Shown: piece after piece, positions 1 through 9,058 of the stretch | Numbering within the stretch: the first letter of the stretch is position 1 | Layout of the letters: every line of letters begins with the position of its first letter | Source: a virus | Strand: one strand, 5' to 3' | DNA length: 57,492 nt | IMG/VR virus record: IMGVR_UViG_3300045988_172985 | Coordinates: 1 to 57,492 of that record | Made by a program: the position numbers and the translations under genes | The notes under the pieces: generated by a model | The model's database searches: none | The model's input: the letters and a program-made list of their open reading frames with translations, nothing else | What the model was told of the DNA's origin: nothing

Positions 1-55
1 AGATAACCAACCATTACATTATCATCAGATTGTTTAGGTACTGTTACAGGAGAGC
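1..55. repeat. terminal duplication, identical to 57438..57492 (circular-assembly overlap)
   Basis: Bases 1-55 recur exactly at 57438-57492, and an ORF reads through the join. Confidence 0.9.
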
Positions 56-377
56 CTATTCTTCTAAGGCACCTATATTTAGGTCCTTTTAAATAGTTAT
101 CTATTATTCCTGCTATCTCTCTGACATTTTGTTTAGCAGTTTTAGTACGAGATTGTTCACATTGTATTGTAAACTGATATGAAAGGTTTGTAACTCTTTC
201 TGTCTCGTCAAAATATCTAGCATTATCGCTATTTTCTATTTCTTCGATGGTGATACCTGGATAATTAAGAGTTGGATATAACTCATAAATATCTTTGATG
301 ATAATATTATTATATTCAGTATACTTTGTAAATTCTTCTCTTAGATCGTTAACTAACTGGTCAATTAATGTTATCAT
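1..377 (-). CDS. neck/tail-completion protein, 143 aa; wraps the circular junction and ends at 57383
   Basis: ATG at 377 follows a GAGGTG RBS. The frame is open to base 1 and continues via the duplicated end to TAA 57383-57385. It sits between the gp10-like gene and the tail tube gene. Confidence 0.5.
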   Translation of the reverse strand, partial: MITLIDQLVNDLREEFTKYTEYNNIIIKDIYELYPTLNYPGITIEEIENSDNARYFDETERVTNLSYQFTIQCEQSRTKTAKQNVREIAGIIDNYLKGPKYRCLRRIGSPVTVPKQSDDNVMVGY

Positions 378-390
378 ATTATCACCTCGA

Positions 391-948
391 TTATTTAAAA
401 AACTTTATAGCATTATTTATTTTTTTCTTAACAATTTCATCTTTTATTTCATTTACATATAAAGATGTGTTGAACATTTGCTTACCACTAGGAACACCTT
501 CAGTATAACCTGTTTTACTATCAAAATAAGGTTTTCCTTTCATTGGATTATAGAACCAATAATGTCTTCCGTTTTTACTTATGTGTGTACTAACAACAGG
601 TCCACTGTTATATGGATTTAAAAAACTAAATTCTGATTTTTGTGGATGTGGGTCGTCAGCACCTTCTTCACCTATACCAAACTCGTCATAAATTGAATTT
701 GGTCCTGACAAAGAAATTATTCCATCTGCACCGTTATCAGTTCTATCTGAATCACCAGATACAATACTTTTTTCAACACCTGTTTGCGGTGCGGAACTAT
801 TTAATATACTTGCTTTTGTGGCACCTTTAAATACTAACTCTTCAACACTTTCTTGACCAGCAATAATTATGTTTTCTTTTAGTGTATCCATTTTACCAAG
901 AAGTATATTAATACCTTCAACACCTTCTTTATTTAAAGATATCTTCAT
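391..948 (-). CDS. HK97 gp10-like head-tail/tail component (185 aa)
   Basis: Position in the connector block, stop/start overlap with neighbours, and an N-terminus typical of the gp10 family by eye. Confidence 0.45.
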   Translation of the reverse strand: MKISLNKEGVEGINILLGKMDTLKENIIIAGQESVEELVFKGATKASILNSSAPQTGVEKSIVSGDSDRTDNGADGIISLSGPNSIYDEFGIGEEGADDPHPQKSEFSFLNPYNSGPVVSTHISKNGRHYWFYNPMKGKPYFDSKTGYTEGVPSGKQMFNTSLYVNEIKDEIVKKKINNAIKFFK

Positions 949-1295
949 TATTGTTTTGCACTTAATTTCTTTAATGTAACTTCTACACTATTAAGTGATA
1001 TGAGAGGTTCACTATCTACTTGATAGTCAGCTTCTTTACATAACTCATCATATTTTTCAATAGGTGTATTTATAAAAACCCTATCGCCTGTATGAAATAT
1101 ATCTTTGTATTCTAGGTCCGCTTTGATTCTAGCATACATTGGATATTCCATACCAAGTGCGATTAAATCACTATCACTATTGGTAGATTGATAATTTATC
1201 TTTATAAGTTTTGGTTTTGTGAAAAGTCTTATACCGTTTTCTTCATATTGATTACATAAATAAATGCTTCTTTTATTTCTTTGTAAACAACGCAT
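948..1295 (-). CDS. head closure / head-tail adaptor protein (115 aa)
   Basis: Size and position between the connector and the gp10-like gene. Confidence 0.4.
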   Translation of the reverse strand: MRCLQRNKRSIYLCNQYEENGIRLFTKPKLIKINYQSTNSDSDLIALGMEYPMYARIKADLEYKDIFHTGDRVFINTPIEKYDELCKEADYQVDSEPLISLNSVEVTLKKLSAKQ

Positions 1296-1305
1296 TATAT
1301 CACCT

Positions 1306-1635
1306 CTACTTCACGAGAGGAATAATTTGTGATGTGTATTTTTTAGGATAATCACTATCGGAACTATATGTTCTAACTATTCCATTTTCTGTGTGAGCAA
1401 CTTGTCCTTCAGCTCCTATTTTAGCAATTGAACTTCTAACCATAGGAATGATAAGATACTCATATTTACTATCATATAATGCTGTGGCGGTTGGTGTGAA
1501 ATTTCTACAACGATTTATTTCTCCTATAGCAAGTTTTATCTCAGATAGTAAAAATTCGTCAGAGTATCTTTCAAACTTTCTTGCCTCTAAATCCACCACA
1601 AGTTGGTTAAGTAGAGAACTCATTGTATCATTCAT
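1306..1635 (-). CDS. head-tail connector (gp6-like) protein (109 aa)
   Basis: Size and position downstream of the capsid gene. Confidence 0.4.
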   Translation of the reverse strand: MNDTMSSLLNQLVVDLEARKFERYSDEFLLSEIKLAIGEINRCRNFTPTATALYDSKYEYLIIPMVRSSIAKIGAEGQVAHTENGIVRTYSSDSDYPKKYTSQIIPLVK

Positions 1636-1639
1636 GTTA

Positions 1640-1885
1640 TCACCACCTGTTTTTCTTAGATACGGCAGAAGAAGTTTTAACTTCTGACGATTTCTTAAGT
1701 TGTTTTTTTAGGTTATCTTTTTCATCTCTGAAAACTATTTCCTTTATTTTTGTATTGGAGTTTGCTTCAATCTTGTTGCCAATTGGTACTAGATTTAAGT
1801 CTTCCCCTTTTAATTCTAATTTGATTTCACTATATGTTAAAGGAGATATTTTAACATAATATTTTCCATTTATTAAATAAATCAT
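1640..1885 (-). CDS. hypothetical protein (81 aa, basic C-terminus)
   Basis: Internal ATG at 1885 follows an AGGAGG RBS. The longer ORF-track start (1921) lacks an RBS. Confidence 0.4.
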   Translation of the reverse strand: MIYLINGKYYVKISPLTYSEIKLELKGEDLNLVPIGNKIEANSNTKIKEIVFRDEKDNLKKQLKKSSEVKTSSAVSKKNRW

Positions 1886-1886
1886 A

Positions 1887-2081
1887 TTATTCCTCCTTTT
1901 TATTCTTCTTTTGTGAACCAACCTTTTCTTCTTTTTGAGATACCTCTGTTTTAGGTATTTCTTTAGTAACTTCTTTTACTTTAGCATCTTTAATAATTGT
2001 GTAACCAAGGGGTTTGAAAAAATTTTCAAACGCACCTTTAGTTACTTTTTTCATATCGTTATTTTTATGTATTAATATCAT
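1887..2081 (-). CDS. hypothetical Lys/Glu-rich protein (64 aa)
   Basis: ORF coupled to the capsid gene stop; start uncertain (alternative ATG at 2054). Confidence 0.3.
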   Translation of the reverse strand: MILIHKNNDMKKVTKGAFENFFKPLGYTIIKDAKVKEVTKEIPKTEVSQKEEKVGSQKKNKKEE

Positions 2082-2083
2082 AC

Positions 2084-3124
2084 TTAAGCAGCTGTATTAG
2101 TATCAACGATTACGATTTCATTTGCTCTTTCAAATGAAGGTAATGCTACCATAGATACTTTAGTTTCAACATTAACTGGGTCTTCTGTTCCGTAAGTTGT
2201 AACAGCAACACCATTGTCAACGATAGACACCTCAGCATTTAATGAGTTACTTAAATCACTCTCTTCAGGAGTTACACCAAAGTGAGTATTACCAAGAGTT
2301 CCTTCAGGCATTAATACTAAAGTGTTATCTGGTACATATTTAACAGCTTTCCCACTTTCATCAACATATACATTATCGTATACATAGATTGAAATACCTG
2401 TTTCGTTATAGATATAATCTAATGCTCTAGCAGTAGTTACATTTACAGTACCATTAGCGAATACATAGATTGCATTCTTAAGAGCAGTATTAGTTCTAAA
2501 GTTTTTAGCAACACTTGAGTTACAAACGGCTCTAGTGATTACTACACCTTTAGCCTTCATATCTTCAACAAATTTAGTGATGTCTCCGATAATATCTGCA
2601 CTTGGATCAGACCATACAGTTGTAACATCTACTTTTTGGTCAGCAGGAACACCGTAGTCGTAATCATATGCTTGACCATTGCTAGCCATAGTGATTGTAC
2701 CAGCAGTTAATGCTTCCATTCTCATTCTTTCAAGTGTTACTCTAGTAGCCTTAAGTAAAGTGATTTCGTCATCAAAAATCTTTGTTAAGATTTGATTAAT
2801 CATTTGTTCATTGTTAGTTTGCATTAATGTGTTTAGGTTTTGTCTTAGTTCTTCATCAATATACATACTTTCTTTGAAGAAAGGCATTTTTGTTGAATAC
2901 TCTTCGAAACCTTGTCTATCTCTTCTGATAGCCTTAGTGTCATAAGCAGCAAGTCTTAAACCAACTGGTTGGTTTTTAGCACCTTTAATCCATTCTAGTT
3001 TAATACCGATCTCTCTTACAGCAGGGAATAAAGTTTCACCTAGTAATGGTTGCTCATTAACATTTTTTTCAATCCAGTATTGTGCTATATTTTTAGCAGT
3101 TACTAAGTCAAATATTGATTTCAT
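2084..3124 (-). CDS. major capsid protein, lambda gpE-like family (346 aa)
   Basis: The C-terminal region (VPDNTLVLMPEGTLG..TYGTEDPVNVETKVSMVALP) parallels lambda E. The scaffold/decoration/capsid gene order matches lambda Nu3-D-E. Confidence 0.8.
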   Translation of the reverse strand: MKSIFDLVTAKNIAQYWIEKNVNEQPLLGETLFPAVREIGIKLEWIKGAKNQPVGLRLAAYDTKAIRRDRQGFEEYSTKMPFFKESMYIDEELRQNLNTLMQTNNEQMINQILTKIFDDEITLLKATRVTLERMRMEALTAGTITMASNGQAYDYDYGVPADQKVDVTTVWSDPSADIIGDITKFVEDMKAKGVVITRAVCNSSVAKNFRTNTALKNAIYVFANGTVNVTTARALDYIYNETGISIYVYDNVYVDESGKAVKYVPDNTLVLMPEGTLGNTHFGVTPEESDLSNSLNAEVSIVDNGVAVTTYGTEDPVNVETKVSMVALPSFERANEIVIVDTNTAA

Positions 3125-3507
3125 TAATAAGCACTTCCTTTCACGAATATAATTCTATCTACACCAGTTACATCAGGTATGATTGTTTGAATTGTAGAAT
3201 CCAATTTAAGCATATCGATACAACCAGCAAGAATTAAAGTTCCATTTCCTTTTCCGTCTGAATCTAATACAACATCGTGTAGTAAGATACCATTAGCAGC
3301 ATATTTGTTGCTTGAACTATCTTTAGTAGAAGCAGTGAAAGCTGTGTCTCTAGCAGTGATATCACCAACTAGTGGTTGTCCAGCAAGCATAGTTGCACCA
3401 GCAGTTCCTGATACTCTAACAGGTAATGCAATGTAGTATGATTCTTGACCGATTAAGATTTGTTTTTGATTTTTACTATAATCAGTAGTTTTGATCATGT
3501 TTGCCAT
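3124..3507 (-). CDS. head decoration protein (lambda gpD-like / DUF2190-like, 127 aa)
   Basis: Size and position immediately upstream of the E-like capsid gene; ATGA-type overlap with it. Confidence 0.5.
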   Translation of the reverse strand: MANMIKTTDYSKNQKQILIGQESYYIALPVRVSGTAGATMLAGQPLVGDITARDTAFTASTKDSSSNKYAANGILLHDVVLDSDGKGNGTLILAGCIDMLKLDSTIQTIIPDVTGVDRIIFVKGSAY

Positions 3508-3527
3508 ATTTTATCTTCCTTCCTTTT

Positions 3528-4142
3528 TTATCTTTTAAAATAATCAACAGTTTGTGTTTTAGGTGAGTTTAATTTTGCAAGTCTTGAACCTAAATCGTCT
3601 TCTTTAGACTTGGAACTATCACCTTTTGTTTTCTTACCAAAGTCTCCCATAGAGTCTTTAGTAGCATCTTGCTTACCTTTTTCGTAAGCATCTTTAACAG
3701 CCTTGTTAAGATACTTAGCAATTGCTGTTGTTTTAGCACCATCTTCTGAAACAATGTTATCAAGGAATGTAGCAAATTCAGTATCGTCTTCTTCTATTTT
3801 AAGAATAGACTTAACATCAGCAGTGTTACCAATAGCCATACTCTTATTAGAATTTAAACTATTTGTTTTTAATAATTCTGTTAATCTCTGAATTTCTTTG
3901 TCCTTATTTAGCTTTTCTTGCTGTGCTTTTTCATCATCAGTAAGTTTAGCATTTAAAGCATTTTGCTTTTCAGTGATAGTTGCTTGTAGAGATTGAACAT
4001 CTCTTTCATATTTGTTTTTATCTACATATAGACCTGTAGATAGGTCGGTGAACTTTTTACCAGCAAAGAAATTATTAACATCTTCAGCTGTCATATCTGC
4101 TTTATATGCGTCACCCATCATATCTTTCAAATTCTCAAACAT
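3528..4142 (-). CDS. scaffolding protein (204 aa, coiled-coil, charged)
   Basis: Lys/Glu/Asp-rich helical protein between the portal and capsid genes; AGGAGG RBS. Confidence 0.6.
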   Translation of the reverse strand: MFENLKDMMGDAYKADMTAEDVNNFFAGKKFTDLSTGLYVDKNKYERDVQSLQATITEKQNALNAKLTDDEKAQQEKLNKDKEIQRLTELLKTNSLNSNKSMAIGNTADVKSILKIEEDDTEFATFLDNIVSEDGAKTTAIAKYLNKAVKDAYEKGKQDATKDSMGDFGKKTKGDSSKSKEDDLGSRLAKLNSPKTQTVDYFKR

Positions 4143-4304
4143 TGAGTTCCTCCTTTTACAGTGTTTTTAACATCTTCTCTGATGTATGTAAGTGGTAATT
4201 TTATAAACGCTCTACCACTTGAGCGATATATAACAAAGAATGTGTCCTTTTGACTTCTAGATATCTTTAATTAGTCTTCCGAAGAAACTAAAGGGACAGT
4301 TTCT

Positions 4305-5816
4305 TTATTCCGTTGTTGTGGCTACATTAGTAACATCTTTATCTAAATCTTCATCATTCTCGGGTAACTCTTCTGTAGTTTCCTCAGCGACACCTATTAC
4401 AGTTTGTGCTCTTTCTTCTTTCTCTTTCTTTCCTCTCTCAACCATTTCATTAACACGATTTGTAAGTCCAGAAAGTTCAAGACAATCGACAATTGCAAGT
4501 TCTCCAGTTGCAACTAGTGTACTAAATACAGATGCTCTTGAAGATAAGTTATCCATAGAATGTCTATTTAATGTGACATCTATATCAAGTGCAGTTAAAT
4601 CTTGTGGCACAATACCCAACTTTTTAAGTATTTCAATACCGACTTCAACCTGTCTTTTCTTAGCTTTTTTAATAGATAGTTCTTTTAGTTTCGCAACTAT
4701 CTCTAAATCTGTCCAACCATTTCTATTTAAAACGGCTGTTCCGGTATCTCCACCACCATTGTTTGCGTTTTCTCTGTTAGGAATACCTGTTATAATATTT
4801 CTAACATCATCTAAGTATTTTCTAATATTTGCAACACTAGTGCTATCTAATTGTGGTGAGATAAACTTCGCATCAACATTTCCACCATTTGGTGCAAATA
4901 ATTGAAGCAATCTATTTTTCTTAACATCCGCAAGTGTTGTATCCTTTTCATCATCATCAAACTGAGCACCTAGTACAACAAGTAAACTTCTAATTGTACC
5001 TTCAATATCGTTTAAACTATCACTTGCGACAATATTACTAGCATTCATTGCCGGTATAGCAAGTTCCCAGTCTCCCGTTAAGAATAACGAATTTTCAAGC
5101 ATTGTTATAGGATCTTTTCCGATTGGATTTGCAGTTGATTCTACTTTTTCTTTATTCGTTACTACCATAAAATAATTATTTGTATAGCAGTTATATATCT
5201 CATCACCGGTATCCTCGTTTTTAAAGCGTGTAGCAGACATTATTTGAGGATTACCTATCTTATTACCTTGAACAACAAAAGTTGTTCTAGGGTCCAAATA
5301 ATCAACTTTAAGAGGTACTAGCGGTGTGTTATCTTGTGATATATCTTCACTAGGAAGTGTTATATAATAACCAACACCACAAACAGAAGCATATGTTTCA
5401 GCATTAATATCTGTTTGGTATAATTCTTCATAATCATAAGCATCGTTTAAATCTTGCACAGCGTCTTTTTTCTCAATCTTCTTTGCGATAAATTCAATTG
5501 GATTACCAAGTGTATAGCCAACAATTTCTCTTGTTGTCGGATAAGCGTAATTTATTACAACTCTATTATTAACGTTTGATGTCTCGGATGCACTTCTATT
5601 TAAAATGTCTTGTTGACCCAGTACGTAATTAATTAGGTATTTGCAGTCGCTTTCATTCTCGCTATGAACTTTTTCTGCTTTTTCTAAAACTTCTATAACA
5701 TTTTGAGGAGTAACCTCGTCATAATCTAAGATAATTCTCTGTCTACCATAATGTAATGACGAACTAGATGAACTAGATGAACTAGTTGTGGTTGTTCCGT
5801 TCAATATACTCACCAA
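4305..5816 (-). CDS. portal protein (about 500 aa)
   Basis: Size and position directly after the large terminase. Acidic C-terminus. N-terminal T4-S9 run. Non-ATG start is uncertain (TTG/GTG at 5816-5811 or TTG at 5804). Confidence 0.75.
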   Translation of the reverse strand: MVSILNGTTTTSSSSSSSSSLHYGRQRIILDYDEVTPQNVIEVLEKAEKVHSENESDCKYLINYVLGQQDILNRSASETSNVNNRVVINYAYPTTREIVGYTLGNPIEFIAKKIEKKDAVQDLNDAYDYEELYQTDINAETYASVCGVGYYITLPSEDISQDNTPLVPLKVDYLDPRTTFVVQGNKIGNPQIMSATRFKNEDTGDEIYNCYTNNYFMVVTNKEKVESTANPIGKDPITMLENSLFLTGDWELAIPAMNASNIVASDSLNDIEGTIRSLLVVLGAQFDDDEKDTTLADVKKNRLLQLFAPNGGNVDAKFISPQLDSTSVANIRKYLDDVRNIITGIPNRENANNGGGDTGTAVLNRNGWTDLEIVAKLKELSIKKAKKRQVEVGIEILKKLGIVPQDLTALDIDVTLNRHSMDNLSSRASVFSTLVATGELAIVDCLELSGLTNRVNEMVERGKKEKEERAQTVIGVAEETTEELPENDEDLDKDVTNVATTTE

Positions 5817-5863
5817 CCTTTCAAAAATAAAAGAGTCACACTAAAAAGCATGGCTCAAGGGCT

Positions 5864-5998
5864 CTATTTACTAAATTCTATTTCTTTCTTACAATATTTA
5901 CACCATAAGAATATTTTAATATAAACACTGTCCTTCTTTATCTTGAAAAGTCTTTTTCCACAATATGGACAGCAAACATCTGTTTTATTTTCTTTCAT
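5864..5998 (-). CDS. Cys-rich zinc-ribbon mini-protein (44 aa, CPYCG..CKYCK)
   Basis: Hand-translated ORF MKENKTDVCCPYCGKRLFKIKKDSVYIKIFLWCKYCKKEIEFSK. It resembles the Cys-rich KTR-type small proteins of Firmicutes. Confidence 0.45.
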   Translation of the reverse strand: MKENKTDVCCPYCGKRLFKIKKDSVYIKIFLWCKYCKKEIEFSK

Positions 5999-6026
5999 TA
6001 TATCACACTTTCTGTTGTTTGTCAAA

Positions 6027-7781
6027 TTAAAGTCCCAATTTATCTAGGGATACCTTGATGCTTGCTCTACCTACCGAACCGGTACCAAGTAAGTTTATTA
6101 TTAGACCTGCTAAGCTATCGGGAGCATCATCATGTTGTGTCTTTTGTATTGATCCTAATTTTTGTGACCAATTATATAAATTCTGCATAAAATTATTATA
6201 TTGTACATTATCTTTTCTTTTCTCATAAGATTTGAAATATATTCTAAAGTTACCTTGCTCTGTTGCAATACCTTTTATTTCACTTTGGCAACTAAGTATT
6301 CTATCTAACTTACTTTTCGTTGTAGGCACTTTATGTGTTGTAATATTACATCTATAACCATTTTGTTTAAGGTCTCTTTGTACCATATCGGCATATAATT
6401 TACCACCATTATTCTCTTCAAAGCCTGCTTTTGTAACATGGTGTTCCATTATTTTATTAACAACAAGTGGTCTTGTTTTATCATCGTCTAATTTATTAAC
6501 AAAAAGAACGTCTTCAACATAACAATCAACACCGTACTGATATATGATTGGCATTGAATAGTAGTCTTCACCACCATGAGCAACATCGGAATAACAAAGT
6601 ATTCTATCGGGTTTTTCATCCGGTAGTTCTTGATAAAATGTAAGTTGGTCCTCACTGAATGGTCTACCTTCTCTTTCAATAGGTTGACCCAAGTATTTTG
6701 CAGAGAATATAACAGGGTCTTCTGCAAGTTGTAAATGATGGTAATATTCTTTATCAAAACCTTTACCATAATCGTATTCAAAATTACTCTCACCATTTTC
6801 GTCATAACATGGAATGTTAATTATTTTTATTCTTTCACTATCTATTTCCCCATAAATAGCAAGTAGTCTACCAATAACATCGTTAAGCGACCAACGAGTT
6901 GCTATATGTATTTCAGGACATGGTCTATATTTACCATCCTTACAAAGTCTTTGTACTTTTCTATCTTGAATTGTACTTGTGTAAGTGTAGAATATTTTAT
7001 CAAGTCTGTTTGGGTTGTTAGCTTGTTCAATGTCCTTTATGAGGTCATCACAATATAATATATTACTTGCCTCAGCAAGACCTGTTGTACCACCATCGAT
7101 TGATTTGAAAGTTATGGTATGAAATCTTTTATTATGGTTTAAATCAATCCAGGAATATTCCGCTGATTGATTAATAATAAAGTTTTGTGGGAATATTTCA
7201 CCATATCTATATTCCTCACTAGTCATTAAATTAAGCATTTCATTATAAAAAGATTGTGATAATGAAGTTGAGTGACCAGAGCCAAGTATTGATCTTTCTG
7301 GGTATAAACCAGCCATAAATGATAAAAAGAATAATCCTGTTGTGGATTTCGCCGTTCTAGGTGGCATGGATACGAATAAAAAATCTAATTTGTCGTCTGC
7401 CATATCCTGCATTGCCTGTATAAGACCGTGCTTTTCAAGTACTCTTTTTCTCGGTAAAAAGAATTGTTTTTCTTTTGGTCTATTCCATTCTAGTGCTATG
7501 CAGTATGCTCTAAAGTCTCCCCATCTTGCTCTAGTATCGTAACTAGCAAGAAGTATTTCACTAACTTTATTTTTCTCTTCCGTTTTAACATCAAAAGCAA
7601 TTTTTTCTATTTCTTTTGCAACTTCCATTGTTTTTTCTTGGTTTTTAAGTTCATCGTAATCTCGCATAAGCGTATACAATAAATCCAAATAAGCATATTG
7701 TGTTTTATCTTTTGCTCTTTTTCTTAAATCTTCACAGTGCACGGTTCTCTGATATATTTCGTTTAATTTATTATCCACCAT
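6027..7781 (-). CDS. terL: terminase large subunit (584 aa)
   Basis: Walker-A-like PPRTAKST, a C-terminal nuclease-like acidic region, and position upstream of the portal gene. Confidence 0.85.
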   Translation of the reverse strand: MVDNKLNEIYQRTVHCEDLRKRAKDKTQYAYLDLLYTLMRDYDELKNQEKTMEVAKEIEKIAFDVKTEEKNKVSEILLASYDTRARWGDFRAYCIALEWNRPKEKQFFLPRKRVLEKHGLIQAMQDMADDKLDFLFVSMPPRTAKSTTGLFFLSFMAGLYPERSILGSGHSTSLSQSFYNEMLNLMTSEEYRYGEIFPQNFIINQSAEYSWIDLNHNKRFHTITFKSIDGGTTGLAEASNILYCDDLIKDIEQANNPNRLDKIFYTYTSTIQDRKVQRLCKDGKYRPCPEIHIATRWSLNDVIGRLLAIYGEIDSERIKIINIPCYDENGESNFEYDYGKGFDKEYYHHLQLAEDPVIFSAKYLGQPIEREGRPFSEDQLTFYQELPDEKPDRILCYSDVAHGGEDYYSMPIIYQYGVDCYVEDVLFVNKLDDDKTRPLVVNKIMEHHVTKAGFEENNGGKLYADMVQRDLKQNGYRCNITTHKVPTTKSKLDRILSCQSEIKGIATEQGNFRIYFKSYEKRKDNVQYNNFMQNLYNWSQKLGSIQKTQHDDAPDSLAGLIINLLGTGSVGRASIKVSLDKLGL

Positions 7782-7786
7782 ATCAC

Positions 7787-8035
7787 CTACGCTTTATATC
7801 TAAATAATTCTTTATATAGTTGTTCATCTTTTATTAATTTTTCTTCATTATCAAAAGCATTTAAATATTCCCAAATAATATCACATGTTCTCTCTTTTAA
7901 GTAACGCCTCGAATAGATATAGTATTTATATATTTGTTTTTCTTTAATGCTCGAATAATTAAAAAGCTTACTAACAAACTCTCGCTTGCTATAAAACTCA
8001 CGATATCCAAAAAATCTAAGTCTATCATCGAACAT
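7787..8035 (-). CDS. hypothetical protein in the usual small-terminase position (82 aa)
   Basis: The start was moved to ATG 8035 (GAGG RBS). The longer ORF-track version runs through a promoter, a terminator and the tRNA. Confidence 0.4.
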   Translation of the reverse strand: MFDDRLRFFGYREFYSKREFVSKLFNYSSIKEKQIYKYYIYSRRYLKERTCDIIWEYLNAFDNEEKLIKDEQLYKELFRYKA

Positions 8036-8063
8036 ATAATCAACCTCGTATTCTTCTAAAATC

Positions 8064-8092
8064 ATTTTAACATACGAGTGTTTGATTGTCAA
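8064..8092 (-). promoter_or_regulatory. sigma-A-type promoter of the packaging/head/tail operon
   Basis: -35 TTGACA (8092-8087), 17-nt spacer, -10 TAAAAT (8069-8064), read on the minus strand. Confidence 0.6.
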
Positions 8093-8093
8093 T

Positions 8094-8126
8094 ATAAAAA
8101 GAAAAATCGCACCTTGAGATGCGATT
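8094..8126 (-). terminator. intrinsic terminator closing the ncRNA/tRNA unit
   Basis: Minus-strand AATCGCA-loop-TGCGATT hairpin followed by TTTTTCTTTTT. Confidence 0.7.
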
Positions 8127-8145
8127 CTACTGAGGATTGTTTGTG

Positions 8146-8219
8146 TGGAGGTAGTAATAGGATTCGAACCTATGCTTGTGGTTTTGCAGACCACTGCCTT
8201 CCCGCTTGGCTATACTACC
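8146..8219 (-). tRNA. tRNA-Cys: tRNA-Cys (anticodon GCA), CCA encoded
   Basis: Hand-folded cloverleaf. Acceptor stem GGTAGTA/TACTACC. Anticodon arm GTGGT-CTGCAAA-ACCAC. T arm ATAGG-TTCGAAT-CCTAT. 3' end TCCA. Confidence 0.9.
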
Positions 8220-9052
8220 AAAAGGGGAAAACACCGTTTATTGAAAGGATTATTAAAAACTAAAAATGGAATTATTTATCATATTAGTATTAACGGTGTC
8301 TTCACTAGCAATTAAGTGAGTTTAGGAAAAATAAGAAAATATCAAAAACCTAAACTCTTATTTAGAAAGGGGCACTACTATCGTACTAGTTATTTGACAA
8401 TATTATATTACAGATGGTCCTCCCATTAATTCTTACTAGACATCTATTATTCGGTCACTGGGTAGTATTAGCCCAAAGCAAGTAGCGAACTATACTTCTC
8501 TAATACCATGTCAAAATCCCAAACCAGAATCCTTACTAGCAATTTTCACACACAGTTGGGTCACAATTTAATTCTGGAGCCAAATCGTGATAAATGCTCT
8601 GTTAATTGTTACTTTTTTACCATTTACTTCCTCGTGTGGTTTTGTGCGAAAATACCGAGTTCTAATCTTATAGGATATTGCTATCCATCAACCACACTAT
8701 TACTTATGGTATCTTATTTTTCCCTCACTCGTACCAATAGAGGTAGTACTAATAAGTTTTATCATTATCCTACGCTTGGACATGTTTTATAGTTGTAATC
8801 GATTAGGCTCGTACCTTATAGCATTCTAATAAGAACCACTATTTTCTCATTCCCTAGTTTCTAGGTCCCAGTACGGCATTTTACAATGCCGACAAACTCT
8901 ATCCTCCATAAGTCTGCACTAATAGATAAAAAGCATTGAGAAAATATCCTTACTATATTGTGTTATAGTCTTTCATAAGGTTCCTATATAATATTGTCAA
9001 ATAACTAGCACTAAGTAGCAATAATGCAATGCGGTAATCATATTCTTACCAC
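8220..9052 (-). ncRNA. large (~830 nt) highly structured noncoding RNA, co-transcribed with tRNA-Cys; ROOL/GOLLD-class candidate
   Basis: Has its own consensus promoter and no RBS-preceded ORF. Nested long-range helices: 8386-8408/8986-9008, 8442-8449/8920-8927, 8524-8530/8571-8577, 8634-8641/8690-8697, 8231-8238/8292-8299. Many local hairpins. Visibly less AT-rich than its flanks. Confidence 0.6.
8386..9008. repeat. perfect 23-bp inverted repeat arms (8386-8408 and 8986-9008) enclosing 577 bp
   Basis: CTAGTTATTTGACAATATTATAT at 8386-8408 is the exact reverse complement of 8986-9008. Confidence 0.9.
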
Positions 9053-9058
9053 AATTTA

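Noticed and set aside
4180-4240. A tRNA-like D-arm sequence (GCTCAAGTGGTAGAGC on the minus strand) in the portal-scaffold spacer
   Set aside because: No acceptor stem, anticodon arm or T arm can be built around it. It is better explained as two alternative hairpins (CGCTC/GAGCG and AAGTGGTA/TACCACTT).
7787-8194. The full 135-aa version of the ORF upstream of terL
   Set aside because: Its 5' third would run through tRNA-Cys, an intrinsic terminator and the late promoter. The start was trimmed to ATG 8035, with 8065 as an alternative.
8508-8792. A 94-aa plus-strand ORF inside the large noncoding region
   Set aside because: It has no Shine-Dalgarno sequence and lies opposite to the only promoter feeding the region. 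It has an aberrant composition and is interrupted by the mapped RNA helices.
8386-9008. A MITE or IS remnant defined by the 23-bp perfect inverted repeats
   Set aside because: This reading is not excluded but is less likely. There is no target-site duplication, the flanks extend the complementarity imperfectly as an RNA stem would, the interior is full of nested helices, and the whole unit has a dedicated promoter and terminator. It is kept as an alternative in the findings.
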